From the IMG/VR virus record IMGVR_UViG_3300010348_001898, positions 1 through 64,000 of that record: DNA of 64,000 nucleotides; one strand, given 5' to 3'. The position numbers and the translations under genes are program-made. This document shows positions 16,278-27,180 of this stretch, piece by piece. Within the stretch, counting starts at the first letter, position 1, and every line of letters starts with the position of its first letter. Origin of the DNA: an uncultured virus (IMG/VR IMGVR_UViG_3300010348_001898). Lineage: Duplodnaviria; Heunggongvirae; Uroviricota; Caudoviricetes. The notes under the pieces were generated by a model. It saw only the letters and a program-made list of their open reading frames with translations, ran no database searches and was not told the origin of the DNA.

Positions 16278-18842
16278 ATGAGATATTTAGATAAAAGATC
16301 TGACTTTCTTTCGCAAAGACAACATATAAAAACAGATAAAATTGAGTCTATTTATGAAGCACAATCAGGTGCTGGTCCTTTTGCTAATGATGTTGGTTGG
16401 AATGATTCCTTATTGGGTAGATTGATAAATCATATGATTAGAAAAGCTAGAATAGCAGCTAAAGTTCCAAGAATAAAAAATCTTATAGAGAGATTAAATG
16501 CTGCTTTCGAAGAGTTAGTTGGACAGTCTACCGTATTTAAGACTAGTTCTGAAACACAAACAATAGCTATGCAAGCTCAAGTTGCATCTTTTTATTTTGA
16601 ATTAATAAAAGCAGTTGAATCTGGTGAACCTGTATCTATATTAAAGAAACTAACAGATGAAGCAATAATAAAAACAAAAAGTTTGCCAGATTTTGATAAA
16701 AAGGATATTTTATTAGAGGAATTAAAGAAGTTTAGAGAATTTTTGGATCAATTTAAGGATGGTGAAGAATCTATAACTGGTGAAGATGATTCAAATGATG
16801 ATGTTTCTCAGTATGGGATTATGGTTAAAAATCTACAAGCTTTAGCTCTTATTTTAGCAAACTATAAAAAAGTTAATTTAGGTGTTACGACACAATCGAA
16901 ATTAATACCAGAATTAATTAAGGATAAAGAATATATGCTTGATGATGATGTTGTTAAGTTAGTAGATCCTACAAATGTTGGAACACCAGAACAACCGAAA
17001 GTTACTGTTATTTATAGAGATAAGGTTACAAAAACATATAAGCCTAATTCTAAACCAGTTGTTATTCCTGCTGCTAAGTTAAAAGAATTAACAAAAGAAG
17101 CAGCAGCTCCTATCAGAAGTAATTCATATGGTAATGTCGGAGGTTCTAATATTGATAGAAATAATGTTACTGGTACAGAAGATCATTTAACACAAGCTTT
17201 TTCAAAGCTTAAAAAAGATATAGAGGTTTTAATATCAGCTAAAGAAAAAGGAATATCAGTTGATAATAATTTTATTAATGATATTTTAACTAATTCAAAG
17301 AATACAAAGTCTAAAGATATTATAAAGTCTTTATATACTGAGATTAATAGATATTTAGTTGGTGATAAGAAAGCTACAATACAAGAAAGGGATGCTTTAT
17401 ATAAAGAAAGTATTGATATTCTTTCTGATAAAAATAAACTTGCTATTATTGCTGAGAAAATTGCAAGATTTTCTAAAAGAGCAATTCAGTTTGATGGTCA
17501 GAATATGTATGGTGGGTTAGGTGACTTTGGTGCTAATCTAAAGTCATTTGTAGATACTATTAAGCAAATAAAATCGTTCAAACTAAGTACTATTAGTGAG
17601 AGTGTTTTATCATATTCTTTGTTTTTAGAGCAAGTTACTACATTAGAAGGAGATTCTAAAAAAATATTAAACTTCTTTAACGAAACTTGTGTTGAGGTTA
17701 GAAAATTTACACTAAGTAAGGAAGATTTAGAGAAAGCTAGAAAGGAATATGAAGAAAAAAGCAAAGATGAATCTGAAGTTATTATGTCTATGGACCCTAT
17801 TATAGAAATAATGAATCTATTCATAAAATCTTATAAGCTTTATACAGTTAAAACAATTACTAAGAGAACAGAGAATGTTGATACTAATACTTTATCAGAA
17901 TATACGCCTTTAGGTTCTGCTGATGATACTGGTAGAAAAGGTCCTTATAGAAATAATAAGCTATTTGATATGTGGGAAGAAGCTGTAAATAATATTAGAA
18001 AGAATAGAAAATATCAAGTTTTCTTTACAGATCAAGCTAGTCTTAGATTACCGTCCGTTCCGGATCCAAATCCTTATAACTCAGAAGACTGGAAAGTTAG
18101 ACCAAAAGCAGGTAGACAATTTAGTAAATTTATTAATGATGTTATGGATGGTGATAAATTATATAAATCATCTGATAGTAGAGGTTCTGTTGCTAGATTT
18201 TTAGATGAATATTTTGGTGATGGTTCTACTACAAAAGAACAACAAGGTAGAATAGATAGTACTGGATTACAAGATAATGCTCAGATAGAAGAGCAAATTA
18301 ATAATAACGCCATTAATCTTAAGATGATTAAAAGTGAGAATACTGATGGTAACTATGTTAATACTTTTTTTACCATTACTTTTGATAAGTTAGATAAAGA
18401 TGGAAAAGAAACTGGAAAAGGTCAATATTCTTTCTATGTTGGAGATAACGAATTTAATTTAATGTTTAATACTGGGATTAGTTTATTTAGTGATATGCTT
18501 ACCTCTATTGGTCCTAAGAGAAGTATTGATAAAGGAGAAATGGATAATTTGTCTAATAGTAGAGGTGATATGTACTTTACTCGTATTAAAGATATTAGAA
18601 ATATTCTAGCAGGAAACACTCTTGATTTAGGCTATGTTCAGATCGCAAAAGAGTCTAGTCTTAGAAATCAAAAAATAAAATTAACTGGATTATATAGATT
18701 AGTCTATGAGAAAGAACCAGGTAAGCTTTATAGATTAGAAGGTGATGATTTAACAAAATGGAATAATATTTTAAGAAGTAAAAATATACCTAGTATTAAA
18801 TCTAAAGTAGATATAAAAAATCCTGAAATAAAGAAAGTATAA
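16278..18842 (+). CDS. large putative virion/internal protein
   Basis: 854-aa ORF with leader MRYLDKRSDFL, TATATATA promoter, upstream of the sheath gene. Confidence 0.7.
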   Translation: MRYLDKRSDFLSQRQHIKTDKIESIYEAQSGAGPFANDVGWNDSLLGRLINHMIRKARIAAKVPRIKNLIERLNAAFEELVGQSTVFKTSSETQTIAMQAQVASFYFELIKAVESGEPVSILKKLTDEAIIKTKSLPDFDKKDILLEELKKFREFLDQFKDGEESITGEDDSNDDVSQYGIMVKNLQALALILANYKKVNLGVTTQSKLIPELIKDKEYMLDDDVVKLVDPTNVGTPEQPKVTVIYRDKVTKTYKPNSKPVVIPAAKLKELTKEAAAPIRSNSYGNVGGSNIDRNNVTGTEDHLTQAFSKLKKDIEVLISAKEKGISVDNNFINDILTNSKNTKSKDIIKSLYTEINRYLVGDKKATIQERDALYKESIDILSDKNKLAIIAEKIARFSKRAIQFDGQNMYGGLGDFGANLKSFVDTIKQIKSFKLSTISESVLSYSLFLEQVTTLEGDSKKILNFFNETCVEVRKFTLSKEDLEKARKEYEEKSKDESEVIMSMDPIIEIMNLFIKSYKLYTVKTITKRTENVDTNTLSEYTPLGSADDTGRKGPYRNNKLFDMWEEAVNNIRKNRKYQVFFTDQASLRLPSVPDPNPYNSEDWKVRPKAGRQFSKFINDVMDGDKLYKSSDSRGSVARFLDEYFGDGSTTKEQQGRIDSTGLQDNAQIEEQINNNAINLKMIKSENTDGNYVNTFFTITFDKLDKDGKETGKGQYSFYVGDNEFNLMFNTGISLFSDMLTSIGPKRSIDKGEMDNLSNSRGDMYFTRIKDIRNILAGNTLDLGYVQIAKESSLRNQKIKLTGLYRLVYEKEPGKLYRLEGDDLTKWNNILRSKNIPSIKSKVDIKNPEIKKV

Positions 18843-19402
18843 TGAATCATATAAAAAGTTATAAATTATTTTTAGAAGAGGCTGAGTTTGATGTTTTAAG
18901 CTCGGATTCTGCTGACGTTAAGGTTGCAAAAGAAAAAATGCAAACCATGAAAACTTATATAACTGACTATAAGAATAAAAAACCACTAATCGATAAAATT
19001 TATACTGAAATTAAAGATCCTAAAAAAATTGAAGATGAGTTAAAAAAAGTTTTAGGGCAAACTGATGTTATGAATGGTAAAGATAGAAATCCATTTTTGG
19101 TTGAATACACTCACGTTGCAAAACTAAATGCTGATGTTACACAAATGGGTAAAGATAACCTAAATGATAAAATAAAATTGGATGATTTTCAGCAGGAATT
19201 AAGATATGCTAAAGAACAAACGGTTAAAGATGTAGTTAATAAAAAAATAGCAGATGTAAATAAAAGAATGTTAGATAGAACTAAGAATATACAAACATTA
19301 AGTGATCAGTATAGACAAAGTTTGAAAGAACATACCGATAAAATGGGCAAGATTGAAAAAGAAATGTCCGATAATATTAAAAAAATATCTAATGTAATCT
19401 AA
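18842..19402 (+). CDS. coiled-coil protein with capsid-targeting-like leader
   Basis: Starts MNHIKSYKLFLEE; TAATG-coupled to the previous gene. Confidence 0.75.
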   Translation: MNHIKSYKLFLEEAEFDVLSSDSADVKVAKEKMQTMKTYITDYKNKKPLIDKIYTEIKDPKKIEDELKKVLGQTDVMNGKDRNPFLVEYTHVAKLNADVTQMGKDNLNDKIKLDDFQQELRYAKEQTVKDVVNKKIADVNKRMLDRTKNIQTLSDQYRQSLKEHTDKMGKIEKEMSDNIKKISNVI

Positions 19403-19407
19403 AAATA

Positions 19408-19439
19408 GAAAAAATATCATTTTTTTCTTTTAATATATA
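19408..19439 (+). promoter_or_regulatory. putative late promoter of the sheath gene (variant TCA-N12-AATATATA)
   Basis: GAAAAAATATCA-TTTTTTTCTTTT-AATATATA. Confidence 0.55.
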
Positions 19440-19466
19440 CATTAAAATAAAAATAAAAAATTAAAT

Positions 19467-22400
19467 ATGGCAATTCAAATTGGAAAATACAAAAGACCTG
19501 GTATCTTCATAGAAGAGATTGATAAGTCAGTTTTTACAACACCAACTGTTGAGGGTATTACAAACTTAGTTATGGGTGTTTCCAAAAAAGGACCTGTTAA
19601 TACACCAATCAGATTGACTAGTGTCAATGACTTAGAGGCTGTTTTCGGACCTCTAGATAGAAATTTAGAAAGAAAAGGTTCTTTTTTCCACAGAACTGTT
19701 TCAAAAATGCTTGAGACATCTCCTGTTTTTGCGATGAACTTATTACTTACTGATGACACATTAGATGTAATTGAGTATAAATCACTTTCTTCCTCTGCAT
19801 ATTATCTTAATGATATTAAAAGAGAAGGACCTTACAGAAGATTCTTTGACACGACTGGTTTCTGGAAAAGAGACACTGAATCTTTCATAAATTTAACAAA
19901 ACCTAATACAGGATACTCAGAAAGAGCTTTTAGCTTTACTAACTTATCTGATAGATATGTTACTGTTTTTGTTATCAAATCACAGAGAACAGGTTTTGAT
20001 AGAACATTATTAGAATGGTATGGTTCTATTGAGAAAATGCCTGCTTACTTAAATCCACAAGATTATGCATCCGATTATTTAGTAGATGTAGTGGTTATTG
20101 CAGGTGATTGGACTGACTATAAAAACTTAGCGGTTGATAACAGATGGGGTCAATACTTTAATGCAGAAGGTTTGATCAAAACTCAATTAAGAGCTTTTGC
20201 TAATGATAGAAATATTACTACTTTAGCTTATGCAGAAGGTCTTTCATTAATTCCATATTTTAGAGATTTAGAAGGTCAAAATATATTTATCGAAACTGTT
20301 ATTAATAGAGGAACAGATCAACATGGTGTTTTCTGCGCATTTAATGCAGATTTAGTTGAAAAAGATTTCTACTCTGGTTTAGTTGATTTACTTGGTGCTA
20401 CACTAGTAGGTTCTGAGAAAAGAGAAATTGATTTCCTTTCTTATAAAGAAACTATCGTACAATCAGTAGATTATGTAGCTACTCCGTTAGACTTACCTGG
20501 TAATGTTGTTGCTTTATTTGGTACTTATTCATATAAAGATCAACAAGGTCACGCATTTGGTGATCCTAAACAAACTGGTATTGTTTATAATGGTGCTAAT
20601 AGAACTGCTTGGTTTACAGAAGGTGCTATATTAAATGTTAATTTATCGGAAAATACAGGTGTTACTGGATCTGGTACTTCATCTTTTGTTAGAATAGGTT
20701 ATCATGCTGATGTTGATGCGTTTGCTGTTATTGGTGGTGAGTATGTTGCGGTTGCATCTGGTACTTATTCAACAACATTAAGATCAATTGATTATCCTTA
20801 TAGCACATCAACTGCTAGTTATTTTACTACGTTTTTTTTAAGTACGAATGGTGATATATCAAGTGTTTCCTCATATACACCAGGAGTTAAACCAACTGTT
20901 AATGCTAGTGATTTAGTGTTGGGTTATGTTCAACTAAATGTAAATGCAAATGTGTTTACTAGTATTTCATTTAGTTCAGTCACTTTGAGTTCATCAACTG
21001 TGGATGATATAGTTGATCCAGGTTATGTTGATGGTGTTTACCTATCACAAGGAACATTTGGTGACTTCGGATATGGTACTAACTCAACAGTACATGACTA
21101 TTATATCTATGATATGAGTAATCAAGTTGGTTATTCAACTGGTGATATTAAAGTTGTATTCTGGGGTACTGATGCATCTGTTGATGTTAAAAACTATGAA
21201 CAATATAGAAAAATTAAAATGTTTAACTCTATTGTTTCTATTATAAATGGAACATTCAAAGATAGAGCTACATTGATAGTATCAGAAGATGGTAATGGTA
21301 AAAAAGTTAAGAAAAGTTTATCAGAAATGGTTGTTACAGAAGTTATTACATCTGCATCACAAAACAAATCTTTTGTTATAAAAACAGGATTAGCTGATGT
21401 AAGTTACTTAACTTCTGGTAAGTTTACTTTATATGCAACTGATAACGAGTTCATATTAGGTTCAAATGGTTTAAGAACTCATGATTTACCAGCAACTACA
21501 ACAACTGGTGTTGTTGCTAAATATTCAGAATTCTATCAAAACTTTGAAGGTGGTTTAATAAACTCAAAAGATTATTTTTATGTAAATAGATTATATACTG
21601 ATGAGAGTTTTGTGTCACCAAATCAAACAACTTCTATATTGTATAATGGTGAAGCACAAACTGTTAATGTTACATTTGTTAATGGTGAGACATCTCCAAG
21701 TCCTACTAATATAGTGACTGGTGTTAATAGCACGTATGCTGGATATAATTATGTTGTTTTTGAAACACCTAATTTAAGTGCTGCAAATGCTGCTAACTCA
21801 TTAAACTTACAAGTTTTAGAAAACATTAAATTCCCAACATCTGTGAATAATATGGTATCACTTACTATTGAAGAGTCTATTATACCAACACAAACTCCAG
21901 CTCAACTTGCTACAAGTTTAGGTTTCACTGGAAGTAATTATATTGCTTATCAAGTTACTGAAAATGTTACTTACGAGCAGCTTGAAAATGTTACTATGAT
22001 GTGGGGAGTTAATGACGATAGTACTTATTATCTAAAAATGTTTACTGATATTGATGGAGCATTAGAAGTTTCATTTATGACTGATAATACTTTACAATCT
22101 ATTGTAAATGGAATTGATCCTGTTTCTAACTATCATATTCAAGTTCAATCTGAGTTATCTAATTTAAGACAAACAGTTGAAATTGAAACAGTTGCTGGTT
22201 ATACAGAAGTTCCAAACAAGATTCTTGTTAATGGTTCAAGATATGCTGAAATTAAAGTTGGTGATTTCTTAGAAGCAGATAACTCTGATATTGCAATGAA
22301 GTTAGGACAAGAGTTCCAAAGAAATTACACTAGAGTATTAAGTAAAAGACAATATGCTGGTAATACAGAATTAACTGAAATTACTTGTGATGCTAAAATC

Positions 22401-23531
22401 AAGAAAGTAGCTTATATTAATGATAATGGTGGTTTAGATTATCAAACAACAAGATATTCAACAGTAGATCAATATGCTACTACTTATAAAGGTATTGCTC
22501 TTAAAGGATTTAGAATTAGACAAGCGTCTATGCCTGATGGTACAGAAGCTAAACAAAATCAAATCTTAAACTTAGTAGCTAAAGGAACACCTTTATTCAA
22601 AGCTTTAATTAACAAAGAAGCATTTGACTTTAGATATTTAGTTGATGCATTTGGTTTAGGTTTAACAGAAAGATCAAAACAACAATTAGTAGATATTTGT
22701 GGTGAGAGATTAAATGTATTTGGTTTCATTAATATGCCGTCATTAAAATCATTCAAAAACTCATCATCTCCAAGCTTCGTAAATGCTGAGGGTGTTTTAC
22801 AAGCTGAGTATATCGCTAAAGGTGGTGATCCTGAAAGTAATCCAGCTTTCTTGTACTCATTTGGTGATGGACCTGGTGTAACAACAGTTGGTTATTTTAC
22901 TCCATATGTTACAGTAAATGATAATGGTAGACCATTAGATGTTCCGCCTGCATCATATGTAGCTACAACATTTATGAGAAAACACATCTCTAATGTTAGT
23001 TCGGTTACACCTTGGACAATTGCAGCTGGTGTTGTAAACGGTAGAGTAACAAATATTGCTGGTGTTGAACACGAGTTTGATCCAACAGATATTGAATTCT
23101 TAAATGGTGCACAAATGAACCCTATTGTTCTTAAACGTAATAGAGGTTATGTGATCGAAACTGAGAATACTGCACTTACACTTTATAAATCAGCTTTATC
23201 TTTCATTCACGTAAGAGAAGTTCTTGTAGAGTTAGAAAGAGAGTTAGCAGCAATGTTACTTGATTACCAATGGAGATTTAATACTCCTGATGTTAGAGCT
23301 GAAATTAAGTTAAGAGCTGATGTTATCTGTGAGACTTACGTAAATAAAAATGGTTTATTTAACTACTTTAATAAAATGGATGATGAAAATAATACTTCTG
23401 ATATTATCGATAACCAAATTGGTGTATTAGATACTTATGTAGAACCAATTAAGGGTATGGGTATCATAGTAAATAATATTACTATTTTAAGAACAGGTGC
23501 TATTGCAGCAGGTGGTTTCCTTAATGCATAA
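19467..23531 (+). CDS. contractile tail sheath protein (gp18-like) with large internal insertion
   Basis: N-terminal RPGIFIEEIDKS...KGPVNTP; C-terminal VPPAS, PWTIAAG, SALSFIHVREVL, NNTSDIIDN..VEP. Confidence 0.93.
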   Translation: MAIQIGKYKRPGIFIEEIDKSVFTTPTVEGITNLVMGVSKKGPVNTPIRLTSVNDLEAVFGPLDRNLERKGSFFHRTVSKMLETSPVFAMNLLLTDDTLDVIEYKSLSSSAYYLNDIKREGPYRRFFDTTGFWKRDTESFINLTKPNTGYSERAFSFTNLSDRYVTVFVIKSQRTGFDRTLLEWYGSIEKMPAYLNPQDYASDYLVDVVVIAGDWTDYKNLAVDNRWGQYFNAEGLIKTQLRAFANDRNITTLAYAEGLSLIPYFRDLEGQNIFIETVINRGTDQHGVFCAFNADLVEKDFYSGLVDLLGATLVGSEKREIDFLSYKETIVQSVDYVATPLDLPGNVVALFGTYSYKDQQGHAFGDPKQTGIVYNGANRTAWFTEGAILNVNLSENTGVTGSGTSSFVRIGYHADVDAFAVIGGEYVAVASGTYSTTLRSIDYPYSTSTASYFTTFFLSTNGDISSVSSYTPGVKPTVNASDLVLGYVQLNVNANVFTSISFSSVTLSSSTVDDIVDPGYVDGVYLSQGTFGDFGYGTNSTVHDYYIYDMSNQVGYSTGDIKVVFWGTDASVDVKNYEQYRKIKMFNSIVSIINGTFKDRATLIVSEDGNGKKVKKSLSEMVVTEVITSASQNKSFVIKTGLADVSYLTSGKFTLYATDNEFILGSNGLRTHDLPATTTTGVVAKYSEFYQNFEGGLINSKDYFYVNRLYTDESFVSPNQTTSILYNGEAQTVNVTFVNGETSPSPTNIVTGVNSTYAGYNYVVFETPNLSAANAANSLNLQVLENIKFPTSVNNMVSLTIEESIIPTQTPAQLATSLGFTGSNYIAYQVTENVTYEQLENVTMMWGVNDDSTYYLKMFTDIDGALEVSFMTDNTLQSIVNGIDPVSNYHIQVQSELSNLRQTVEIETVAGYTEVPNKILVNGSRYAEIKVGDFLEADNSDIAMKLGQEFQRNYTRVLSKRQYAGNTELTEITCDAKIKKVAYINDNGGLDYQTTRYSTVDQYATTYKGIALKGFRIRQASMPDGTEAKQNQILNLVAKGTPLFKALINKEAFDFRYLVDAFGLGLTERSKQQLVDICGERLNVFGFINMPSLKSFKNSSSPSFVNAEGVLQAEYIAKGGDPESNPAFLYSFGDGPGVTTVGYFTPYVTVNDNGRPLDVPPASYVATTFMRKHISNVSSVTPWTIAAGVVNGRVTNIAGVEHEFDPTDIEFLNGAQMNPIVLKRNRGYVIETENTALTLYKSALSFIHVREVLVELERELAAMLLDYQWRFNTPDVRAEIKLRADVICETYVNKNGLFNYFNKMDDENNTSDIIDNQIGVLDTYVEPIKGMGIIVNNITILRTGAIAAGGFLNA

Positions 23532-23547
23532 TATTTAATTATAAATT

Positions 23548-23577
23548 AAAAAAGAGAGAATTAATTCTCTCTTTTTT
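23548..23577. terminator. intrinsic terminator (perfect 30-bp palindrome)
   Basis: AAAAAAGAGAGAATTAATTCTCTCTTTTTT. Confidence 0.8.
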
Positions 23578-23626
23578 TATGAACAAATATAGGTGTCTTT
23601 AATATATATGTAAAAAGGTATGTTTT

Positions 23627-25315
23627 ATGAATTTAGATATATTTAGAAATCCAGATCCTTCTGGTAGAATGTCAAAAGAATCTTATGTAATAAATAATTA
23701 TAAAGATGAATATGATTATATAATTTCTATAATTAAAGAAGAAATGCCATTTAAGGAGAAGGTTTTTTTAGTATTAAATGGTATGTCAAATTCGCCAATT
23801 TGTAAAAATCCTAATTGTGATAATAAAGTAAAATTCAAAAATTCAACAATTGGTTATTTAAGATATTGTTCTAATAAATGTATATCATCAGATCCAGATA
23901 TAAAAAAAATAAAAGAACAAAAATCATTGGAAAAATGGGGAACAAAAACTCCTGCGGAATCTAATCAAATAAAAGAAAAGATTATAAATACAAATAATAA
24001 AAAATATGGTGGAAATTCTGCTATGTGTTCTGAGAATGTGAAAAGTAAATCTAAATTAACACTAATTAGTAATTATGGTGTTGATAATCCTGCAAAATCT
24101 AAAGAACTTTTAGCAAAAAGAATTGAGAAGTTTAAGATTAGTAATTATAAGCAATCATATAAAGAAACTTCACTTAAAAAATATGGTGTTGAGCATCCTT
24201 GGATGAATAAAGATATACATAAAAAAACCATAGAGGTATTTTATGAGAGTTATAAAGAACGAATAAATGATAAAATTGATAAATCAGAATATGAATTTAT
24301 ATCATTTGGTAAAGATTTTTCTACTTTATTAAAATTTATGTGTAAAAAATGTAATAATGAATTTGATATAGTTACTTATCAGTTTTATTATAGAATAAGA
24401 GGTGGTTTACCTATATGTACTAAATGTTACCCTATTTCTGATAATTCATCAATAACTCAAATAGAATTATCTAATTTTATAAGAGAAAATTATGATGGTT
24501 GTATAATACAAAATGATAGAAATAAAATAAAACCTTATGAAATAGATGTTTATTTACCTGATTTGAAAATTGGTTTTGAGTTTAATGGTGTTTTTTGGCA
24601 TTCTGAAAAATTTAAGGATGATAATTATCATTGTAAAAAATATAAATTAGCAATAGATAATGATATAAAACTATATACAATTTGGGAAGATGATTGGAAT
24701 ATTAAAAATAAGATATGCAAATCTTTTATATTAAATAAACTATCTAAATCTATAAAAATTGGAGCTAGAAAAACAAAAATAAAAGAAGTAAAATACTTAC
24801 AATCTAAAAAATTTTTAGAAGAAAATCACTTACAAGGTGATGTTAAATCTTCTGTTAGAATAGGTCTTTTTCATAATAATGAATTAGTAAGTTTAATGAC
24901 TTTTTCTAAGCTTAGATTACCATTGAATAGAAAATTATCAAAAAATGAAAGTGTTTATGAGTTAACAAGATTTTGTAATAAAATAAACCATACAATAACT
25001 GGTGGGTCTTCTAAATTATTAAAATATTTTATATTAAAATATAATCCGGTTGAAATTCAAACTTACTCTGATAATTTAATTTCAAATGGTGATTTATATC
25101 AAAAATTAGGATTTTCATATAAGCACGAATCAAACCCAGGATATTGGTATCTTATAAATGGTGTTAGAGAATATAGATTTAATTGGAGGAAACAAAAATT
25201 AGTATCTATGGGTTATGATGTTAATAAATCGGAGAGAGAAATAATGTTAGAATTGGGTTTTTATAGAATATATAATGCTGGTAATAAAAAATGGATTATG
25301 GAAATAGAAAAATAA
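23627..25315 (+). CDS. Hef-like homing endonuclease (KYG repeats, zinc ribbon, Vsr/PD-(D/E)xK-like nuclease, GNAT-like C-terminus)
   Basis: Repeated (K/N)(Y/W)G motifs, CxxC pairs, EIDVY..IGFEFNGVFWH, IWEDDW, ELTRFC, YSD..GDLYQKLGF. Confidence 0.75.
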   Translation: MNLDIFRNPDPSGRMSKESYVINNYKDEYDYIISIIKEEMPFKEKVFLVLNGMSNSPICKNPNCDNKVKFKNSTIGYLRYCSNKCISSDPDIKKIKEQKSLEKWGTKTPAESNQIKEKIINTNNKKYGGNSAMCSENVKSKSKLTLISNYGVDNPAKSKELLAKRIEKFKISNYKQSYKETSLKKYGVEHPWMNKDIHKKTIEVFYESYKERINDKIDKSEYEFISFGKDFSTLLKFMCKKCNNEFDIVTYQFYYRIRGGLPICTKCYPISDNSSITQIELSNFIRENYDGCIIQNDRNKIKPYEIDVYLPDLKIGFEFNGVFWHSEKFKDDNYHCKKYKLAIDNDIKLYTIWEDDWNIKNKICKSFILNKLSKSIKIGARKTKIKEVKYLQSKKFLEENHLQGDVKSSVRIGLFHNNELVSLMTFSKLRLPLNRKLSKNESVYELTRFCNKINHTITGGSSKLLKYFILKYNPVEIQTYSDNLISNGDLYQKLGFSYKHESNPGYWYLINGVREYRFNWRKQKLVSMGYDVNKSEREIMLELGFYRIYNAGNKKWIMEIEK

Positions 25316-25390
25316 TGTTACTTTTTACTAAAAACAAAAAAACCGTTTTTTTTTTTATTAATATATACATTATAAAAAAAAATAAAAATT

Positions 25391-25774
25391 ATGAAATACA
25401 TTAAATTATTTGAGAATTTTGGTGCTGTTAACCCAGAGTTAGTAAAAGCATTAAAAAAAATTGTTTTTTCTTATAAGAGTGAATTATTAGGGGAAAATGC
25501 ACATCCATCAGAAGATTTTGGTGATGGAAAAGTTTTAATGAAGCTTATTGGAACTTTAATTAAAGCAGGTAATCATGATAATAGAATTTGTTCTATTTTG
25601 AGAGAATATGCTTTGTTATGTGAAGAAGATTCAGAAGGATCTATTGTACATATACCTGAATATATTAGTGATGATGATTGTAATTATATTGCTGATTTTT
25701 TAGGTTTAGAAAGATTAGATTATTATTCAGATTGGACTAATGAAGAAGAAGATACTTGGGGCACTGATTGGTAA
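25391..25774 (+). CDS. hypothetical protein with capsid-targeting-like leader
   Basis: Starts MKYIKLFENF; may be frameshifted at its 3' end. Confidence 0.75.
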   Translation: MKYIKLFENFGAVNPELVKALKKIVFSYKSELLGENAHPSEDFGDGKVLMKLIGTLIKAGNHDNRICSILREYALLCEEDSEGSIVHIPEYISDDDCNYIADFLGLERLDYYSDWTNEEEDTWGTDW

Positions 25775-25858
25775 AATTTCTAGTGAAATAGGATCACATT
25801 TCTTTGGAAAAGATGGTAGCAGACATGTTGGCACAAAAAGATTTGGGATGTAATTATT

Positions 25859-25886
25859 AAAATCCTTAGAGAAATCTAAGGATTTT
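25859..25886. terminator. intrinsic terminator
   Basis: AAAATCCTTAGA-GAAA-TCTAAGGATTTT. Confidence 0.8.
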
Positions 25887-25973
25887 TTGTTTTTATATAA
25901 CAAAACAACTTTATTATTTATTTATATAATAGAGAGGATAAATATCTCAATATATAAAAATAAAAACTTATTT

Positions 25974-26921
25974 ATGAGTAATAATAAAAATGACATGTCT
26001 GAAGAAGATTACTTAAAAAGACATTTAGGTGATGTAGAATCATCTAAAAAAACAAATATGCCAAGTTCATTTTCAGATTTAGTAGAGCCACAAGCTGTTG
26101 AATCTAATAGAACAACTGACTTACAATACTTATCATTTGATGTTAAAGATTTTCCTTGTGGGAAGTTTTATCCGGTGGGAACTATGTTTATGATTAGGCC
26201 AGCTCAAGTTAGAGAAATTCAAGCTTATTCTATGGTTGATGATAAAAATATCTATGATGTAGTAGAAAAAATGAATGATATGTTAATGTCTTGTGTTCGT
26301 ATCAAGTATTCTGATGGAAGAATGGGTTCTTACTTAGATGTAAAAGATCAAGACAGAATTTACTTAGTTTTCTTAATTAGAGAACTAACATTCCAACAAG
26401 GAAACTCATTATCGGTTACTGCTAACTGTACTTGTGGTCAAGAATTAGCAGTTGAGTTAAAAAGAGAAAACTTTAGATTTCATGATATAGATCCTAAATT
26501 AGATAGATATTTCTCACCATCTACTGGTTCTTTTGTATTCAAAACAGTTAATGGTAAAGAGTATGAAATTACACCACCTACAATTGGTTTACAAAAAGCA
26601 TTTACTGATTATATCATTAAAGAAAATGCAGAGAAAAAATCCCCAAACTTATCATTCTTGAAAATTATTCCATTTATGTTAAATGGAAGAACAAGTATAA
26701 CTTATGATGGAATTAAAGCTAAATTAGATGAGTTCCAAAATATGGATGATATTTCTTTCCAATTCTTAAATGCTGCTGTTGATAAGATGACTTTTGGTAT
26801 CCAAAAGTTATCTAAAAAATGTACGTGTGGCGAGGAGGTCCACACGGATATGCAATTTCCCAACGGAGCCTCAGGTATTTTCGTTGTTCATGATGCCTTT
26901 GAAGCATATCTTAAAGAATAA
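25974..26921 (+). CDS. baseplate hub subunit (T4 gp26-like)
   Basis: PCGKFYP, IRPAQVREI, DRIYLVFLIRELT, CTCG twice; start MSNNK. Confidence 0.7.
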   Translation: MSNNKNDMSEEDYLKRHLGDVESSKKTNMPSSFSDLVEPQAVESNRTTDLQYLSFDVKDFPCGKFYPVGTMFMIRPAQVREIQAYSMVDDKNIYDVVEKMNDMLMSCVRIKYSDGRMGSYLDVKDQDRIYLVFLIRELTFQQGNSLSVTANCTCGQELAVELKRENFRFHDIDPKLDRYFSPSTGSFVFKTVNGKEYEITPPTIGLQKAFTDYIIKENAEKKSPNLSFLKIIPFMLNGRTSITYDGIKAKLDEFQNMDDISFQFLNAAVDKMTFGIQKLSKKCTCGEEVHTDMQFPNGASGIFVVHDAFEAYLKE

Positions 26922-27144
26922 GCTTCAACTACAAAAGCACTTTCATACTCAAGAAATGGCTATGGATTTATGGCCATTTTGGATGTTTGAAGAAAACATT
27001 AAGTTAGTTAATGAGATTATGGAAGAAGAAGAAAAACATAGAAAATCTGATGAAGAGTCACAAAGAGCTTCTATGCCAGATACAAGTTCAATGATGAAAA
27101 ATGCTCAAAATATGACAAGTAATATGAACTTTCCTAAGTTCTAA
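26890..27144 (+). CDS. baseplate hub assembly protein (T4 gp51-like)
   Basis: LQKHFH...MDLWPFWMFE resembles the gp51 family; follows the gp26-like gene. Confidence 0.6.
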   Translation: MMPLKHILKNKLQLQKHFHTQEMAMDLWPFWMFEENIKLVNEIMEEEEKHRKSDEESQRASMPDTSSMMKNAQNMTSNMNFPKF

Positions 27145-27145
27145 A

Positions 27146-27180
27146 ATAATAAAAGCCACTTTTTAAGTGGCTTTTATTAT
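27146..27180. terminator. bidirectional intrinsic terminator
   Basis: ATAATAAAAGCCACTT-TTT-AAGTGGCTTTTATTAT between convergent genes. Confidence 0.8.

Noticed and set aside
26794..26921. Programmed frameshift joining the gp26-like and gp51-like ORFs
   Set aside because: The second ORF has its own ATG at 26890 and I saw no clear slippery heptamer
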